A stretch of 64,000 bases of DNA from Planctomycetota bacterium (GTDB lineage: Bacteria; Planctomycetota; UBA1135; JADKAF01): positions 640,379 to 704,378 of the forward strand of contig JADKAF010000001.1 of assembly GCA_016719295.1 (NCBI GenBank), written 5' to 3'. The notes beneath the pieces are model-generated. The model was not told the origin of the DNA and ran no database searches. It saw only the letters and a list, made by a program, of their open reading frames with translations. The position numbers and the translations under genes were made by a program. Below are positions 40,390 through 49,801 of the stretch, piece after piece (within the stretch, counting starts at the first letter, position 1; every line of letters starts with the position of its first letter).

Positions 40390-41838
40390 ATGGCGATGAG
40401 ACGCAGACCGCAACGCGTGGGCGAGGGCCTCTCTCGCCGCCACTTCCTCCGCGAGAGCTGCAACGGCTTCGGCGCCGTCGCGTTCGCGGCGCTCTTCGGC
40501 CAGAGCGCCATCGCCCTGCCGCGGCGCGGCGGGGACGGCGGCCGGCCGATGATGGCGCGCGCGCCGCACCATCCGCCGCGCGCGAAGCGCATGGTCTTCC
40601 TCTACATGGACGGCGGTCCGAGCCAGGTCGACACCTTCGACCCGAAGCCGCGGCTCGCCGCGGAGAACGGCCAACCGTTCCGCATGAAGATCGAGCCGAC
40701 GCAGTTCAACGACATCGGCAAGACCCTGCAGAGCCCGTGGGAGTTCCGCCGCTACGGCGAGAGCGGGATCCCGGTGAGCGATCTCTTCCCGAAGATCGGC
40801 GCGTGCGCGGACAAGCTCTGCGTCGTGCGCTCGATGACCTCGCAGTTCTCCGAGCACACGAACGCGAACTACTTCCTGCACACGGGGCTCGGTCTCGTCG
40901 GTCGCCCGAGCGTCGGCGCCTGGATCACCTACGGGCTCGGCTCCGAGAGCGACGAGCTGCCCGGCTTCGTGGTGATCGACGGCGGGCTCATCCCGCCCGG
41001 CGGCCTCGAGTGCTTCGGCTCGGGCTTCCTGCCGGCGAGCTTCCAGGGCTCGGTCTTCAAGCCGCGCGAGCAGCCGATCGCCAATGCCTCGCCCATCGAA
41101 GGCGATCCGCTCCGCCAGAGGAAGAAGCTCGATCTCCTCTCCACCCTCGATCGCGAGGTCGCCTCGCGCGTCGGCCCCTGCGATGCGCTCGAATCGGCGA
41201 TCGCCAACTACGAGCTCGCCTTTCGCATGCAGGGCGCCGTGCCCGAGCTCACCGATCTCTCCGGCGAGAGCGAAGCGACGAAGAAGCTCTACGGGATGGA
41301 CAGCGACTACCGGCCGCTCCGCACCTACGCGACGCAGTGCTTGCTCGCGCGCCGCTTGCTGGAGCGCGGGGTCCGCTTCCTCGAGCTCACCTGTCCGCGC
41401 GTCGACGGCGCCGATCGCTGGGACCAGCACCAGAACCTGCGGAAGAGCCACGCCGACAACGCGCGCGCGGTCGATCAGCCGATCGCCGCGCTGCTCCGCG
41501 ATCTCGAAGCGCGCGGCATGCTCGACGACACGCTCGTCGTCTGGTCGGGCGAGTTCGGTCGAACTCCGTTCGCGCAGGGCAGCAACGGGCGCGATCACAG
41601 CCCCTTCGGCTTCTCGATCTGGCTCGCCGGCGGCGGGGTTCGCGGCGGTCACGTGCACGGCGCCACCGACGAGTACGGCTATCACGCCGTGGAGGGGCGG
41701 CTCGACATGCACGACCTGCACGCGACGATGCTGCATCTCCTGGGCTTCGATCACACGCGGCTCACCGTGCGGCACTCGGGGCGCGACATGCGGCTCACCG
41801 ACGTGCACGGGCGCGTGGTGCACGAGCTCCTGGCGTGA
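40390..41838 (+). CDS. DUF1501 family protein (sulfatase-fold) with twin-arginine signal
   Basis: MAMRRRPQRVGEGLSRRHFLRESCNGFGAVAFAALFG Tat-type signal. Conserved partner of DUF1549/DUF1553 genes. Confidence 0.85.
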   Translation: MAMRRRPQRVGEGLSRRHFLRESCNGFGAVAFAALFGQSAIALPRRGGDGGRPMMARAPHHPPRAKRMVFLYMDGGPSQVDTFDPKPRLAAENGQPFRMKIEPTQFNDIGKTLQSPWEFRRYGESGIPVSDLFPKIGACADKLCVVRSMTSQFSEHTNANYFLHTGLGLVGRPSVGAWITYGLGSESDELPGFVVIDGGLIPPGGLECFGSGFLPASFQGSVFKPREQPIANASPIEGDPLRQRKKLDLLSTLDREVASRVGPCDALESAIANYELAFRMQGAVPELTDLSGESEATKKLYGMDSDYRPLRTYATQCLLARRLLERGVRFLELTCPRVDGADRWDQHQNLRKSHADNARAVDQPIAALLRDLEARGMLDDTLVVWSGEFGRTPFAQGSNGRDHSPFGFSIWLAGGGVRGGHVHGATDEYGYHAVEGRLDMHDLHATMLHLLGFDHTRLTVRHSGRDMRLTDVHGRVVHELLA

Positions 41839-42365
41839 ACGAGGCCGCAGACCTCCGCCTGCCGTTGGTCGCGGCGGTGCTCGGATGTCTGTGGTTCGGC
41901 GTGCTCTCGCTCGCGGTCGCGCTTGCGAAGGGAGACGCCGGCGAGATCCTGCGCCACTTGCCGCTCTACCTCCTCTTGCTCCTCGCCTTCGCTCCGAGCT
42001 CCGCGCTGAGCGCCTTGCTCTGCCGCAAGCTCTGGCGGCGGGACCTCGATCGCCCGATGCGCTGCTTCGCGGGTTGCGCGCATGCGTATCTGCGCGGGGC
42101 CTTCGCGGGTCTGCTGTTCCTCGGCGCCTCCGGGCTCGTCTTCGGAGCGAGCCCCGCGTCTCTCGGTTTCCCGGTGCTGCTCGTCCTGGTCTGGCCCTCC
42201 GTGCTGGTCGCGAGCGCGCTGAGCTCGCCCGTCCTTGCCGTGCTCGAACTCGTCCTGCTGCTGGGTTTCGCGGAGCTGGAGACACGTCTGCTCGCGCGCT
42301 GCCAGCCCCTCCCGAGCCCGCGGGAGCGCGCGACGTTGCGGCCAGGCTTCCGGAGCCAGCGATGA
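41835..42365 (+). CDS. hypothetical membrane protein (4 TM)
   Basis: GTG start overlapping the DUF1501 stop (GTGA). 176 aa, hydrophobic. Confidence 0.5.
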   Translation: MNEAADLRLPLVAAVLGCLWFGVLSLAVALAKGDAGEILRHLPLYLLLLLAFAPSSALSALLCRKLWRRDLDRPMRCFAGCAHAYLRGAFAGLLFLGASGLVFGASPASLGFPVLLVLVWPSVLVASALSSPVLAVLELVLLLGFAELETRLLARCQPLPSPRERATLRPGFRSQR

Positions 42366-43501
42366 CTTCGAGTTCCGAAGACGCGCCGGAGTCTCGTCGC
42401 GAGAGGGCCGTGCAGCGGCCGCGTTCGAAGCGCGGCGGATGGCGAACGCTCTACGCTCGCGCGCAGCCCGACCCCGGGCGCCTCTGCGTCTCGATCGGCG
42501 CGGTGCTCTGGACCGTGTACGTCGCGGTGGCCCTCGATGTCGCCGCGGGCTCGATGGAGGAGCCGCGGTCCCTGGCGATGCGCATGCTGCGCTTCCTGCC
42601 TCTGCTCGCGCTCGCGGGGTACCTGTCGGCGCCGGCGGTGCTCCGCTCGCTCGCGCGCTCGACCACGCGCGTCGAGGATGCCGCGCTCGCCGTCTCCTGG
42701 AACGTGGTCTTCGGCATCGTCTTCGCGGCGCTGCTCTTCGTCGATGCGTGCTTGGCGGGCTCCGGAGCGGCTGGCGCGGCGTCGAGCCTCGGAGCGGCCT
42801 CGCGAACGCTCGCCGGCGTCGTGCGGTCGGCCCTCACGTGGCCCTTCGCGCTCTCGTTGCTGCATCTCTTCGCGCTGAGCTACGTGGCCCTGCGGTGGAT
42901 GCGTCGCCAGCCCTCGAGCGAAGGTCCGCAGGTCGAAGCGCCGCCGTGCGAGGACGAGCGAGAGCGCCGGCGCTGGCCCACCTCGTACACCTGCGCCTCG
43001 TTCGGGACCGGATGCGCTTGGATCCTGGTGCTCTGCGCGCTGAACGGAGGCGACCTCGAGCTTCGCGACGCGTCGGCGGATCTGCTGCGGATCGGGGGAG
43101 GGTTGGTGTTCCTCGCCGCATGCTTCGGTCTCACCTCCGTGCTCGCGGCGGGCCTCTTCGAGAGGCACCTGCGGACCGGCATGACCTGGAGCGCGCGGCT
43201 CGGCACCGGCTTGGGATTGGCGGCCGTGCGCTCGAGCTGCGCGGTGCCGCTCTTGGTGCTGCTGCTCTCGGCGGTCGAAGGTGTCGATCCTCTGCGATCG
43301 ATCGGTTGGGCTGGAATGTCGCTGTGGGTCCTCTGGACGACTCTCGTCGTCGTTGGAATCCTCGGGCTGGCCCAGGAGCCTCTGCTGGTCGTCGGGCTGA
43401 TGACGCTCGCCTGCACCTTCGCCGTGGCCGAGGTCTCGCTGCTCGGCTTCTTCGCGCAGAATCGCGCGTCGCGTGCCTGCGTGAGGCGCCGACCAGCTTG
43501 A
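42362..43501 (+). CDS. hypothetical polytopic membrane protein
   Basis: ATGA overlap with the upstream gene. 379 aa with about 8 predicted TM segments. Confidence 0.55.
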   Translation: MTSSSEDAPESRRERAVQRPRSKRGGWRTLYARAQPDPGRLCVSIGAVLWTVYVAVALDVAAGSMEEPRSLAMRMLRFLPLLALAGYLSAPAVLRSLARSTTRVEDAALAVSWNVVFGIVFAALLFVDACLAGSGAAGAASSLGAASRTLAGVVRSALTWPFALSLLHLFALSYVALRWMRRQPSSEGPQVEAPPCEDERERRRWPTSYTCASFGTGCAWILVLCALNGGDLELRDASADLLRIGGGLVFLAACFGLTSVLAAGLFERHLRTGMTWSARLGTGLGLAAVRSSCAVPLLVLLLSAVEGVDPLRSIGWAGMSLWVLWTTLVVVGILGLAQEPLLVVGLMTLACTFAVAEVSLLGFFAQNRASRACVRRRPA

Positions 43502-43535
43502 TCGCGGATCGCGGATCGCGGGACCTGAGGCAGCT

Positions 43536-44639
43536 ATGGATGAGCATGTCCGAGCGTCCGCACGAACGACCTCCGCTGCGGAGGAATCCGTGCGCGGCGG
43601 CTCGTGGAGAGCGGAGGTCGAACGCGCCGGGCGCGGACGAGCGATCCTCGTCGGCCTCGCGGGCCCGATCGTCTGGCTGCTCTTCGTCGCGCTGGCTTTC
43701 GACATGGGGCCTTTGGCCCACGGTCGGCACCCGATCGCGTTGCCGGTGCGGATCCCACTCGCGATCTTCGCGATGCTCGGCGGGGCGAGCCTGCCTCTGT
43801 GGAGGCGCTGGGTGCGAAGGACGAGAGGTTGGCCGCGCTCTTTGATTCTGGCTTCGGCGCGCACCGCGTTCTATCTCGCCCTGCTGGCGCTCGCGCTCTT
43901 CCTCGACGCGTGGGTCTCGACCGCCAAGGCCGACGACTTCGAGCGCTGCGTGACGGAGCACTTCCTCGAGGCGCGCCGCGGTCTGCGCTTCGCGCTGCAG
44001 AACGTAGGCCTCCTGGTCGCGATCCTCGCCCTCGGCCTCGGCGACCTCGCGTGGATCCGCAGCCTGGAGGTGCCCCGCGCCGAGCCGCTGCGTCGCCGTC
44101 CTCGATCGGTGGAGCCGATCCCCACGGCGCGTCATCTGCGCGCGCTTCTCGGAGCGCTGGCATGGGGCTGCGCGTGGAGCCTCGCGATCGCGATCGCTTG
44201 GCACCTGCTGTTCGCGGCGCGCCGACGAAGCTGGATCGTCTCGCTCGAGGTCGAGCCCGGCGTGCTCCTGATGCTGAGCTGCGGCGCGGCGTCGGTCCTC
44301 ACCTGGGAAGCCCTGCGTCGCTGCGGAACGCCCCGCGCCACGCTCGGCTCCGCGATCGGCTGGGGGGTCTCGGCGCAGCTCGTGCGTTGGATGCTCTGGC
44401 TGCCGATCGCCGTGATCGTCTACCTCGCGACGCAGGAGGAGCCGGTCCTGCCGGATCCCGCGTTGCTCCCCGTGATCGGCTGGCCGTTCCTCATGTTCGA
44501 GATCGTGGGCGGCCTCGTCGTGCAGCCGCTTCGCGTCTTCGCGTTCCTTGCTCTGCTGCTCCTGCTCGGGGCGATGGAGATGGTGTTCTTCCGCCGTTGC
44601 TTCCGCGCGCGCGACCCGCACCGCCCATCTTCGGCGTAG
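43536..44639 (+). CDS. hypothetical polytopic membrane protein
   Basis: 367 aa, multiple TM helices. 34 bp downstream of the previous gene. Confidence 0.55.
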   Translation: MDEHVRASARTTSAAEESVRGGSWRAEVERAGRGRAILVGLAGPIVWLLFVALAFDMGPLAHGRHPIALPVRIPLAIFAMLGGASLPLWRRWVRRTRGWPRSLILASARTAFYLALLALALFLDAWVSTAKADDFERCVTEHFLEARRGLRFALQNVGLLVAILALGLGDLAWIRSLEVPRAEPLRRRPRSVEPIPTARHLRALLGALAWGCAWSLAIAIAWHLLFAARRRSWIVSLEVEPGVLLMLSCGAASVLTWEALRRCGTPRATLGSAIGWGVSAQLVRWMLWLPIAVIVYLATQEEPVLPDPALLPVIGWPFLMFEIVGGLVVQPLRVFAFLALLLLLGAMEMVFFRRCFRARDPHRPSSA

Positions 44640-44741
44640 CTGCGTCGCAGCGCGAGAAGCGAGCGAGCCCGCCAGGCGAGGTCGATCCTCGCCCAGCGGG
44701 CTCGCCGTGCTCTCGTGGAGCCGGAGAATGCGGGACGCGCC

Positions 44742-45407
44742 CTACTTCTTGCCCTCTTCCACCTTCGTGCACTTCAGGCGGTAGATCGAGCGCACATAGC
44801 CGTACTCGTCGAGCTGCTCGCCGACGTCGAGGACGCCGGTGCAGAGGATCGTGCCGTAGGGGATGTACTCGGCGCCCTCGCCCTGCATCTCGACGTCGAC
44901 CCACTCGTTCATCATCGCGGGCTGGCCGAAGCAGCAGCCTTCGAGATATCGCGAGAGGACGAAGAGGGTGACCTTCCCCTTCTTCACCGACACCGGGACC
45001 ATGTGGCCCTCGACGATCACGGTCTTGCCCTTCAGCGCCAGGATCTCGGCCGGGATCTGCTGCGGGCGCTCGACGCCTTCCTTGATGGCCTTCGGATCCG
45101 GGTGCTCGTAGGTGTAGCTCGCCAGGTCCTCGAAGGTGAGGAAGAGCGTGCCGTCGGCGCCGACCTTGGGGCCGGACGACTTCGCTCGCGTCGGGCCGAC
45201 GCCGTTCGCGTCGGCGGTGGGGCCGGCGGCGCCAGCACTAGAGGGCACGTACGGCTGCACGCGCCCGCCGAGCTCTTGGCCACGTACGACGACGACGACG
45301 GGCTCCGCGGCCTTCAGATCGGCAGCGGAAACCCCGGGCGGCTCCAACGCGATGAGCACGCCCGTCAAGGCGAGCCCGGCGGCGATCATCACGACTTCGA
45401 TCTTCAT
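44742..45407 (-). CDS. small secreted protein, paralogue A (possibly DUF3299-type)
   Basis: Signal/TM MKIEVVMIAAGLALTGVLIA. C-terminal domain CCFGQP…YVRSIYRLKCTKV is paralogous to 49302..49730. Confidence 0.6.
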   Translation of the reverse strand: MKIEVVMIAAGLALTGVLIALEPPGVSAADLKAAEPVVVVVRGQELGGRVQPYVPSSAGAAGPTADANGVGPTRAKSSGPKVGADGTLFLTFEDLASYTYEHPDPKAIKEGVERPQQIPAEILALKGKTVIVEGHMVPVSVKKGKVTLFVLSRYLEGCCFGQPAMMNEWVDVEMQGEGAEYIPYGTILCTGVLDVGEQLDEYGYVRSIYRLKCTKVEEGKK

Positions 45408-45435
45408 CGCAGCACCTCTCGGGTCGTACGGCCGC

Positions 45436-45915
45436 TCACTTGCCGGCGGGCTTCGGCGGCGCGGCCTCGAAGGCCAGGTTCTGGAACACCTTCCCCTTGG
45501 CCTTCACTTCGGTCAACTTGCCGCGGACCTTTTGCAGGCCCTTCAAGGCGTCGTCGGCACCCTCGAAGTGCGTCGCCGCCCCGGTGACCCCGCTCTTCTG
45601 CGCCGCGAGCGTGAGGGACTTGCCCGCGGGCTCGTCCAGCGCGACCGCGATCGACTCTTGCTCGAGCGCGACCGGCTCCTCCGCGTGGCCGTCGAGGAGG
45701 TAGGCGAGGAGCTTGCCGTTCACGGGGTCGAGCAGGATCTCCAGGTTCGCGAAGTGATCGCCGAGCTCGATGAGCTTGCCGCCGAACTTCGGCGCGTGGG
45801 CATGCGCGTGATCGTGATCGTGATCATGGTCGTGGTCGTGCTTGTCGCAGCCCGTGGCGTAGAGGAGCACGGCGGCGGCGAGCGGGGCGAATCGCAGGGC
45901 GAGCTTCAGGGTCAT
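45436..45915 (-). CDS. His/Asp-repeat lipoprotein (putative periplasmic metal-binding protein)
   Basis: Signal peptide with lipobox-like LYATGC. Immediately followed by DKHDHDHDHDHDHAHAHAP. Confidence 0.65.
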   Translation of the reverse strand: MTLKLALRFAPLAAAVLLYATGCDKHDHDHDHDHDHAHAHAPKFGGKLIELGDHFANLEILLDPVNGKLLAYLLDGHAEEPVALEQESIAVALDEPAGKSLTLAAQKSGVTGAATHFEGADDALKGLQKVRGKLTEVKAKGKVFQNLAFEAAPPKPAGK

Positions 45916-45984
45916 CGGAGTACTCCGCGAGAGGTGTCGGGATCGAGGGTGGGCGAGCCCTGGGAACGCAGGGGGAAGCGCGGC

Positions 45985-47277
45985 TCAGGACGAGGGCACG
46001 AGGTGGCTCGCGACATCGGTGCGATACGCGCGCAGCGCGGGTACCACGCCGGAGAGCGCGCCGAGGGCGATCAGGCCCACGGGTGCCAGGACGAAGATGG
46101 GATGCGCGTGCAGGATCTCCAGCAGCACACCGGTCTGCGCCTCCACGATCCACGCGGCCGCGCCGAAGATCGCGAGGTAGACCGCGAAGCCGAAGAGCGC
46201 GCCGAGCGCGGCGATCGTCGAGGACTCGAGCACGATCGCGCCGAACACCGTCGAACGCCGCGCGCCGAGCGCGCGCAGGATCGCGAACTCGCGGCGGCGT
46301 TCGTTCATCGTGTTGTAGAGGCTCGCCAGGATGGTGCCGGCCGCGACGATGCCGACCAAGAACGCGACGAGCTTCAGCACGTCGGCGATCCACGCGACCT
46401 TGCGGAAGAACTCGGCGACGATCGTATCGATCGGATAGACGAAGGTGCCGAGCTTCTCGCTGTCCTGACGGTTCAGCTCGAAGTCGAGCTCCTTCGCGGC
46501 TTTGTGACCGCGCGGCTGCACCAGCACCGCGGAGACTTCCTTGTACTTGTCCGGGATCAGCTCGCCCGACTTCGGCTGGTAGACCTTCTCGTCGGTGCCG
46601 ACGAGCGCATGGCCGTCCATGCGGAAGGAGCCTTCGATGGGGATCAGGATCACCTGGTCCATCGGCGAGCCGGTCGGCGCGAGGATCCCCGTCACCACGT
46701 AGTCGATCGCATGCACCGCGGCGGGGTCGAACGCGAGGCCATGATAGGGCTGGAACTTCGAGCCCACGCGGAGCTCGCGCCTCTCGGCCACCGCGCTGCC
46801 GATCACCGCGTCGGCTCGCGTCGCGTCGAAGGCGGCACCCTGCGCGAGCGCGAGCTTCTTACCGGGGCCCAGGAAGTCGACGTCGAAGATGTCGACGGTC
46901 GTGCCGAGGATGCGGTGGCCGTAGTAGTTGTCGCCGAGGAGATAGGGGAGCGCCCACTCGACGCGACGGCGGTCCTCCTTCAGCGCGACATAGCGGCTCC
47001 ACGGGATGTTCCCCGGCGAGGACTCGAGATGGAACACCGAGTTCAGCACCAGCTGCAGCTTCGAGCCCTTCGGACCGTAGATCGCGCGGAAGCCGACCGG
47101 GCTCTCCTCGAAGGCTCGCTGCGTCTGCTCCTGCAGCGAGAAGATCGCCATCACGAGCCCGGCGCCGAGCCCGGAGGAGAGCACGGTGATCGCGGTCGAG
47201 AGGGCGTGCTGGCGCAGGCTTCTCCGGACGATCAGCCACAGCGAGCCGAGCGAGCCGAGCGCGCGCAAGGCCTTCAT
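45985..47277 (-). CDS. FtsX-like ABC transporter permease (MacB/LolE-type)
   Basis: 430 aa. N-terminal TM, large periplasmic loop, three C-terminal TMs. ATGA-coupled to the ATPase gene. Confidence 0.85.
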   Translation of the reverse strand: MKALRALGSLGSLWLIVRRSLRQHALSTAITVLSSGLGAGLVMAIFSLQEQTQRAFEESPVGFRAIYGPKGSKLQLVLNSVFHLESSPGNIPWSRYVALKEDRRRVEWALPYLLGDNYYGHRILGTTVDIFDVDFLGPGKKLALAQGAAFDATRADAVIGSAVAERRELRVGSKFQPYHGLAFDPAAVHAIDYVVTGILAPTGSPMDQVILIPIEGSFRMDGHALVGTDEKVYQPKSGELIPDKYKEVSAVLVQPRGHKAAKELDFELNRQDSEKLGTFVYPIDTIVAEFFRKVAWIADVLKLVAFLVGIVAAGTILASLYNTMNERRREFAILRALGARRSTVFGAIVLESSTIAALGALFGFAVYLAIFGAAAWIVEAQTGVLLEILHAHPIFVLAPVGLIALGALSGVVPALRAYRTDVASHLVPSS

Positions 47278-47972
47278 GCGCGCGCCCCCGCAGCGGCGTG
47301 CGCGGGGCGCGACGCGCGGTTCAGGGTCTCGAGCGCCACGCGCTTCTCGAAGCGCCCGAGCACGTCGCGGTCGTGCGAGACGAGCAGCAGCGCCGTCTCG
47401 TTCTCCTGGCAGAGCGTGCGCAGCAGCTCCAGCGCTTCGTTGGCGTGAAACGGATCGAGGTTGCCGGTGGGCTCGTCGGCGAGCACGAGCCGCGGGCGAT
47501 TGGCCACGGCGCGCGCGAGCGCCACGCGCTGCTGCTGGCCGATCGAGAGCTGGGCCGGCCGATGATGCAGGCGATCGGCGAGGCCCAAGCGTCGCAGCAG
47601 CTCCTCGGCGTGGGGCTTGTCGACGCCGCGCCCGAAGCTCATGCCGAGCATCACGTTCTCGAGCGCGCTGTAGCCCTGCAGCAGATTGAAGGTCTGGAAC
47701 ACGTAGCCGAGCTTCTCCGCGCGCACGCGATCTCGCCGCGCCTCGGAGGCGCGCGTCAGATCTTCGCCGTCGAGCATGATGCGCCCACCGTCCGCGCGCA
47801 GGATGCCGGCGATCAAATGCAGCAGCGTGGTCTTGCCCGTGCCGCTGCGGCCCTCCAGTGCCACTTGCTCGCCGCGCGCGAGCTCGAAGCGCGGGACATC
47901 GATCACCGGCTGCACCGCGCCATCGGGGCCGCGGAACTGCTTGGTCACGTTCTCGAGGAGGAGGAGCGTCAT
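47274..47972 (-). CDS. ABC transporter ATP-binding protein (MacB/LolD-type)
   Basis: Walker [10 protein letters not shown], signature LSIGQQQR, Walker [13 protein letters not shown]. Confidence 0.9.
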   Translation of the reverse strand: MTLLLLENVTKQFRGPDGAVQPVIDVPRFELARGEQVALEGRSGTGKTTLLHLIAGILRADGGRIMLDGEDLTRASEARRDRVRAEKLGYVFQTFNLLQGYSALENVMLGMSFGRGVDKPHAEELLRRLGLADRLHHRPAQLSIGQQQRVALARAVANRPRLVLADEPTGNLDPFHANEALELLRTLCQENETALLLVSHDRDVLGRFEKRVALETLNRASRPAHAAAGARA

Positions 47973-48006
47973 CGCGTGGGGGCGTGGGTGGGAGCGTTCG
48001 CGCGCG

Positions 48007-49305
48007 CTAGCCGGCGAGCTCGCCGCCGAGAGCGATCAACGCTTCGCGGACACGCCGCGCGAGCTCGGTCGTGCGCGGATCGCTCGCATCGGTCTCCGCG
48101 GGGAGCGACGCGACGAGGAGACGCGCGAGCTCCTGCAGCGCGGCGGGCCGTAGCCCCGGGACCGCCTGCGGGCCTTTGGAGAGGCGGAACACCTCCGCGC
48201 GCGCGGCACCCGGCGGGCGCCAGAGGTAGTCCTCGAGATCGCAGCCGGGCTCGCCGAAGAAGCGCTCCGCGCCGAGCTTGCGGAACGCGGCGTCGGCCGC
48301 GGCGAAGAGCTTCTCGCTCGTGCCGGGCGCGAGAGGCAAGCGGGCGGCGTTGCCGAGGCCGACCCAGAGCTCGTCGCGCGCGTTCCAGCGCAGGAAGAAC
48401 TCGCCCTTCCGGCAGGAGCGCAGCTCCAAGCCGAGCACTTCGTCGATCGCGGGCTGCGCCGCGCGCGCGAGCTGCGGGATCGCGGGAGACTTCGCCGCGG
48501 AGAAGAGCGCCTGCGCGAGCGCGCCGCGCGCTTCGACCGCCTGCGCGTCGCTCGGCGGCCACTGCGGCTGAAACGCGAGGGAGCGGCTCGTGCCCTCGAG
48601 GCGCTGCTTCAGGAAGGTCCACGCTTCGTAGCGCGCCATCTGGCCTGTCGTGCGATCGAAGAACGCGTCGCCGCGCGCGAGATCCTCGAGCAGCCAGGCG
48701 AGCGCCGTGCGATCGCCCCAGTCGCAGAGCAGCGCGGCCGCGCGACGCCGCACGCGGTCGTCTTCATCGGCGAGGCGCGCGGCCAACAGCTCGCGCGCGT
48801 CCTGCGCGTCCAGCGCGCGCAGCGCATCGATGGCCGCCGCGCGGACCGCGGCGAGCGGATCGGAAAGCAGCTCGAGCACGAGCGCGCGCTCCGCTGTCTT
48901 CGGCTTCCCCGCGAGGCCGCGCGCGGCCGCGGGGCGCCACGGGAAGTCGGGATCGCGCAGCGCTAGGAGCAGCTTCGCGCGCAGCGGCGGCGATTCGAAG
49001 GAGCCGAAGGCCTCGATCAGATCCGGTCCGAGCGCGGCGCATTCCAAGCTCGTGCTCCCGGACAGGGCGAGCAGGCGAGCCGCGGCGGGCTCACCGGCTC
49101 GAACCAGGCGCTGCGCGGCTTGCGGGCGCACGGCCGGTCGGCCGCCCCGCGCGTGCTCGATCCACTGGTCGATCTGCTCGCTCGTCGGTTGCTGCGCTCG
49201 CGGCGGCTCCTGCGGCGCGGCGAGAGCCCACGGGATCAGCGCGAGGCAGGCGCCGACGGTGGCGAAGCACGCGTGGGCGGCGCGCGCGGCGAGGGTGAGG
49301 TTCAT
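48007..49305 (-). CDS. secreted HEAT/PBS-lyase-repeat protein
   Basis: Internal ATG at 49305 gives signal peptide MNLTLAARAAHACFATVGACLALIPWALAAPQEP. Repeated …AVRAAAIDALRAL… / …RVRRRAAALL… HEAT-like units. Confidence 0.65.
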   Translation of the reverse strand: MNLTLAARAAHACFATVGACLALIPWALAAPQEPPRAQQPTSEQIDQWIEHARGGRPAVRPQAAQRLVRAGEPAAARLLALSGSTSLECAALGPDLIEAFGSFESPPLRAKLLLALRDPDFPWRPAAARGLAGKPKTAERALVLELLSDPLAAVRAAAIDALRALDAQDARELLAARLADEDDRVRRRAAALLCDWGDRTALAWLLEDLARGDAFFDRTTGQMARYEAWTFLKQRLEGTSRSLAFQPQWPPSDAQAVEARGALAQALFSAAKSPAIPQLARAAQPAIDEVLGLELRSCRKGEFFLRWNARDELWVGLGNAARLPLAPGTSEKLFAAADAAFRKLGAERFFGEPGCDLEDYLWRPPGAARAEVFRLSKGPQAVPGLRPAALQELARLLVASLPAETDASDPRTTELARRVREALIALGGELAG

Positions 49306-49730
49306 CGGATCGCGGTCGCTTCGAGGCGGTAGATGCTGGTGACGAAGCCGTCTTCCTCGACCTCGCCGACCGAGAGAACGCCCTCGAGCTCGACCATGTT
49401 GGTGCGGAACTCGGAATCGATGCCGGAGAGCGTCACCTCGACGTAGTGATTCACTTGCGGCTTGCCGATGCAGCCGCAGGAGTCGGTGACGAGGCGGAAC
49501 GCGCTCACGCGGTCGGGCGTCTGCTGCGCGGGATCCATGAAGCCGCGGATCACCACCTTCTTGCCGTCGAGGTCCTGGATCTCCTGCGGCAGCGGCTTGC
49601 CCTGCTCGTAGGTGATCGCGACCAGCTTCGCGATATCGACCTCCACCGGATCCTCGTCGCGCGGCGCCGCGCCGAGCGCGGCGGCGATGAGCAGCGCGGT
49701 GAGAGCAGGGGGCGCGATGGAGAGGAGCAT
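49302..49730 (-). CDS. small secreted protein, paralogue B
   Basis: Signal peptide MLLSIAPPALTALLIAAALGAAP. C-terminal CGCIGKPQ…FVTSIYRLEATAI aligns to 44742..45407. ATGA-coupled to the HEAT gene. Confidence 0.6.
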   Translation of the reverse strand: MLLSIAPPALTALLIAAALGAAPRDEDPVEVDIAKLVAITYEQGKPLPQEIQDLDGKKVVIRGFMDPAQQTPDRVSAFRLVTDSCGCIGKPQVNHYVEVTLSGIDSEFRTNMVELEGVLSVGEVEEDGFVTSIYRLEATAIR

Positions 49731-49801
49731 GGAGCGCGAGCTTCTCGAGCGGCGTCGGGGAACGAGGCGGGGCCGGGAAGGATAGCAGCCGGGGCCCCGC
49801 A

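Noticed and set aside
40737-42365. 542 aa plus-strand ORF spanning DUF1501 out of frame
   Set aside because: It is an out-of-frame read through the DUF1501 gene. Only its last 176 aa (41835..42365) form a plausible membrane protein, and that is annotated separately.
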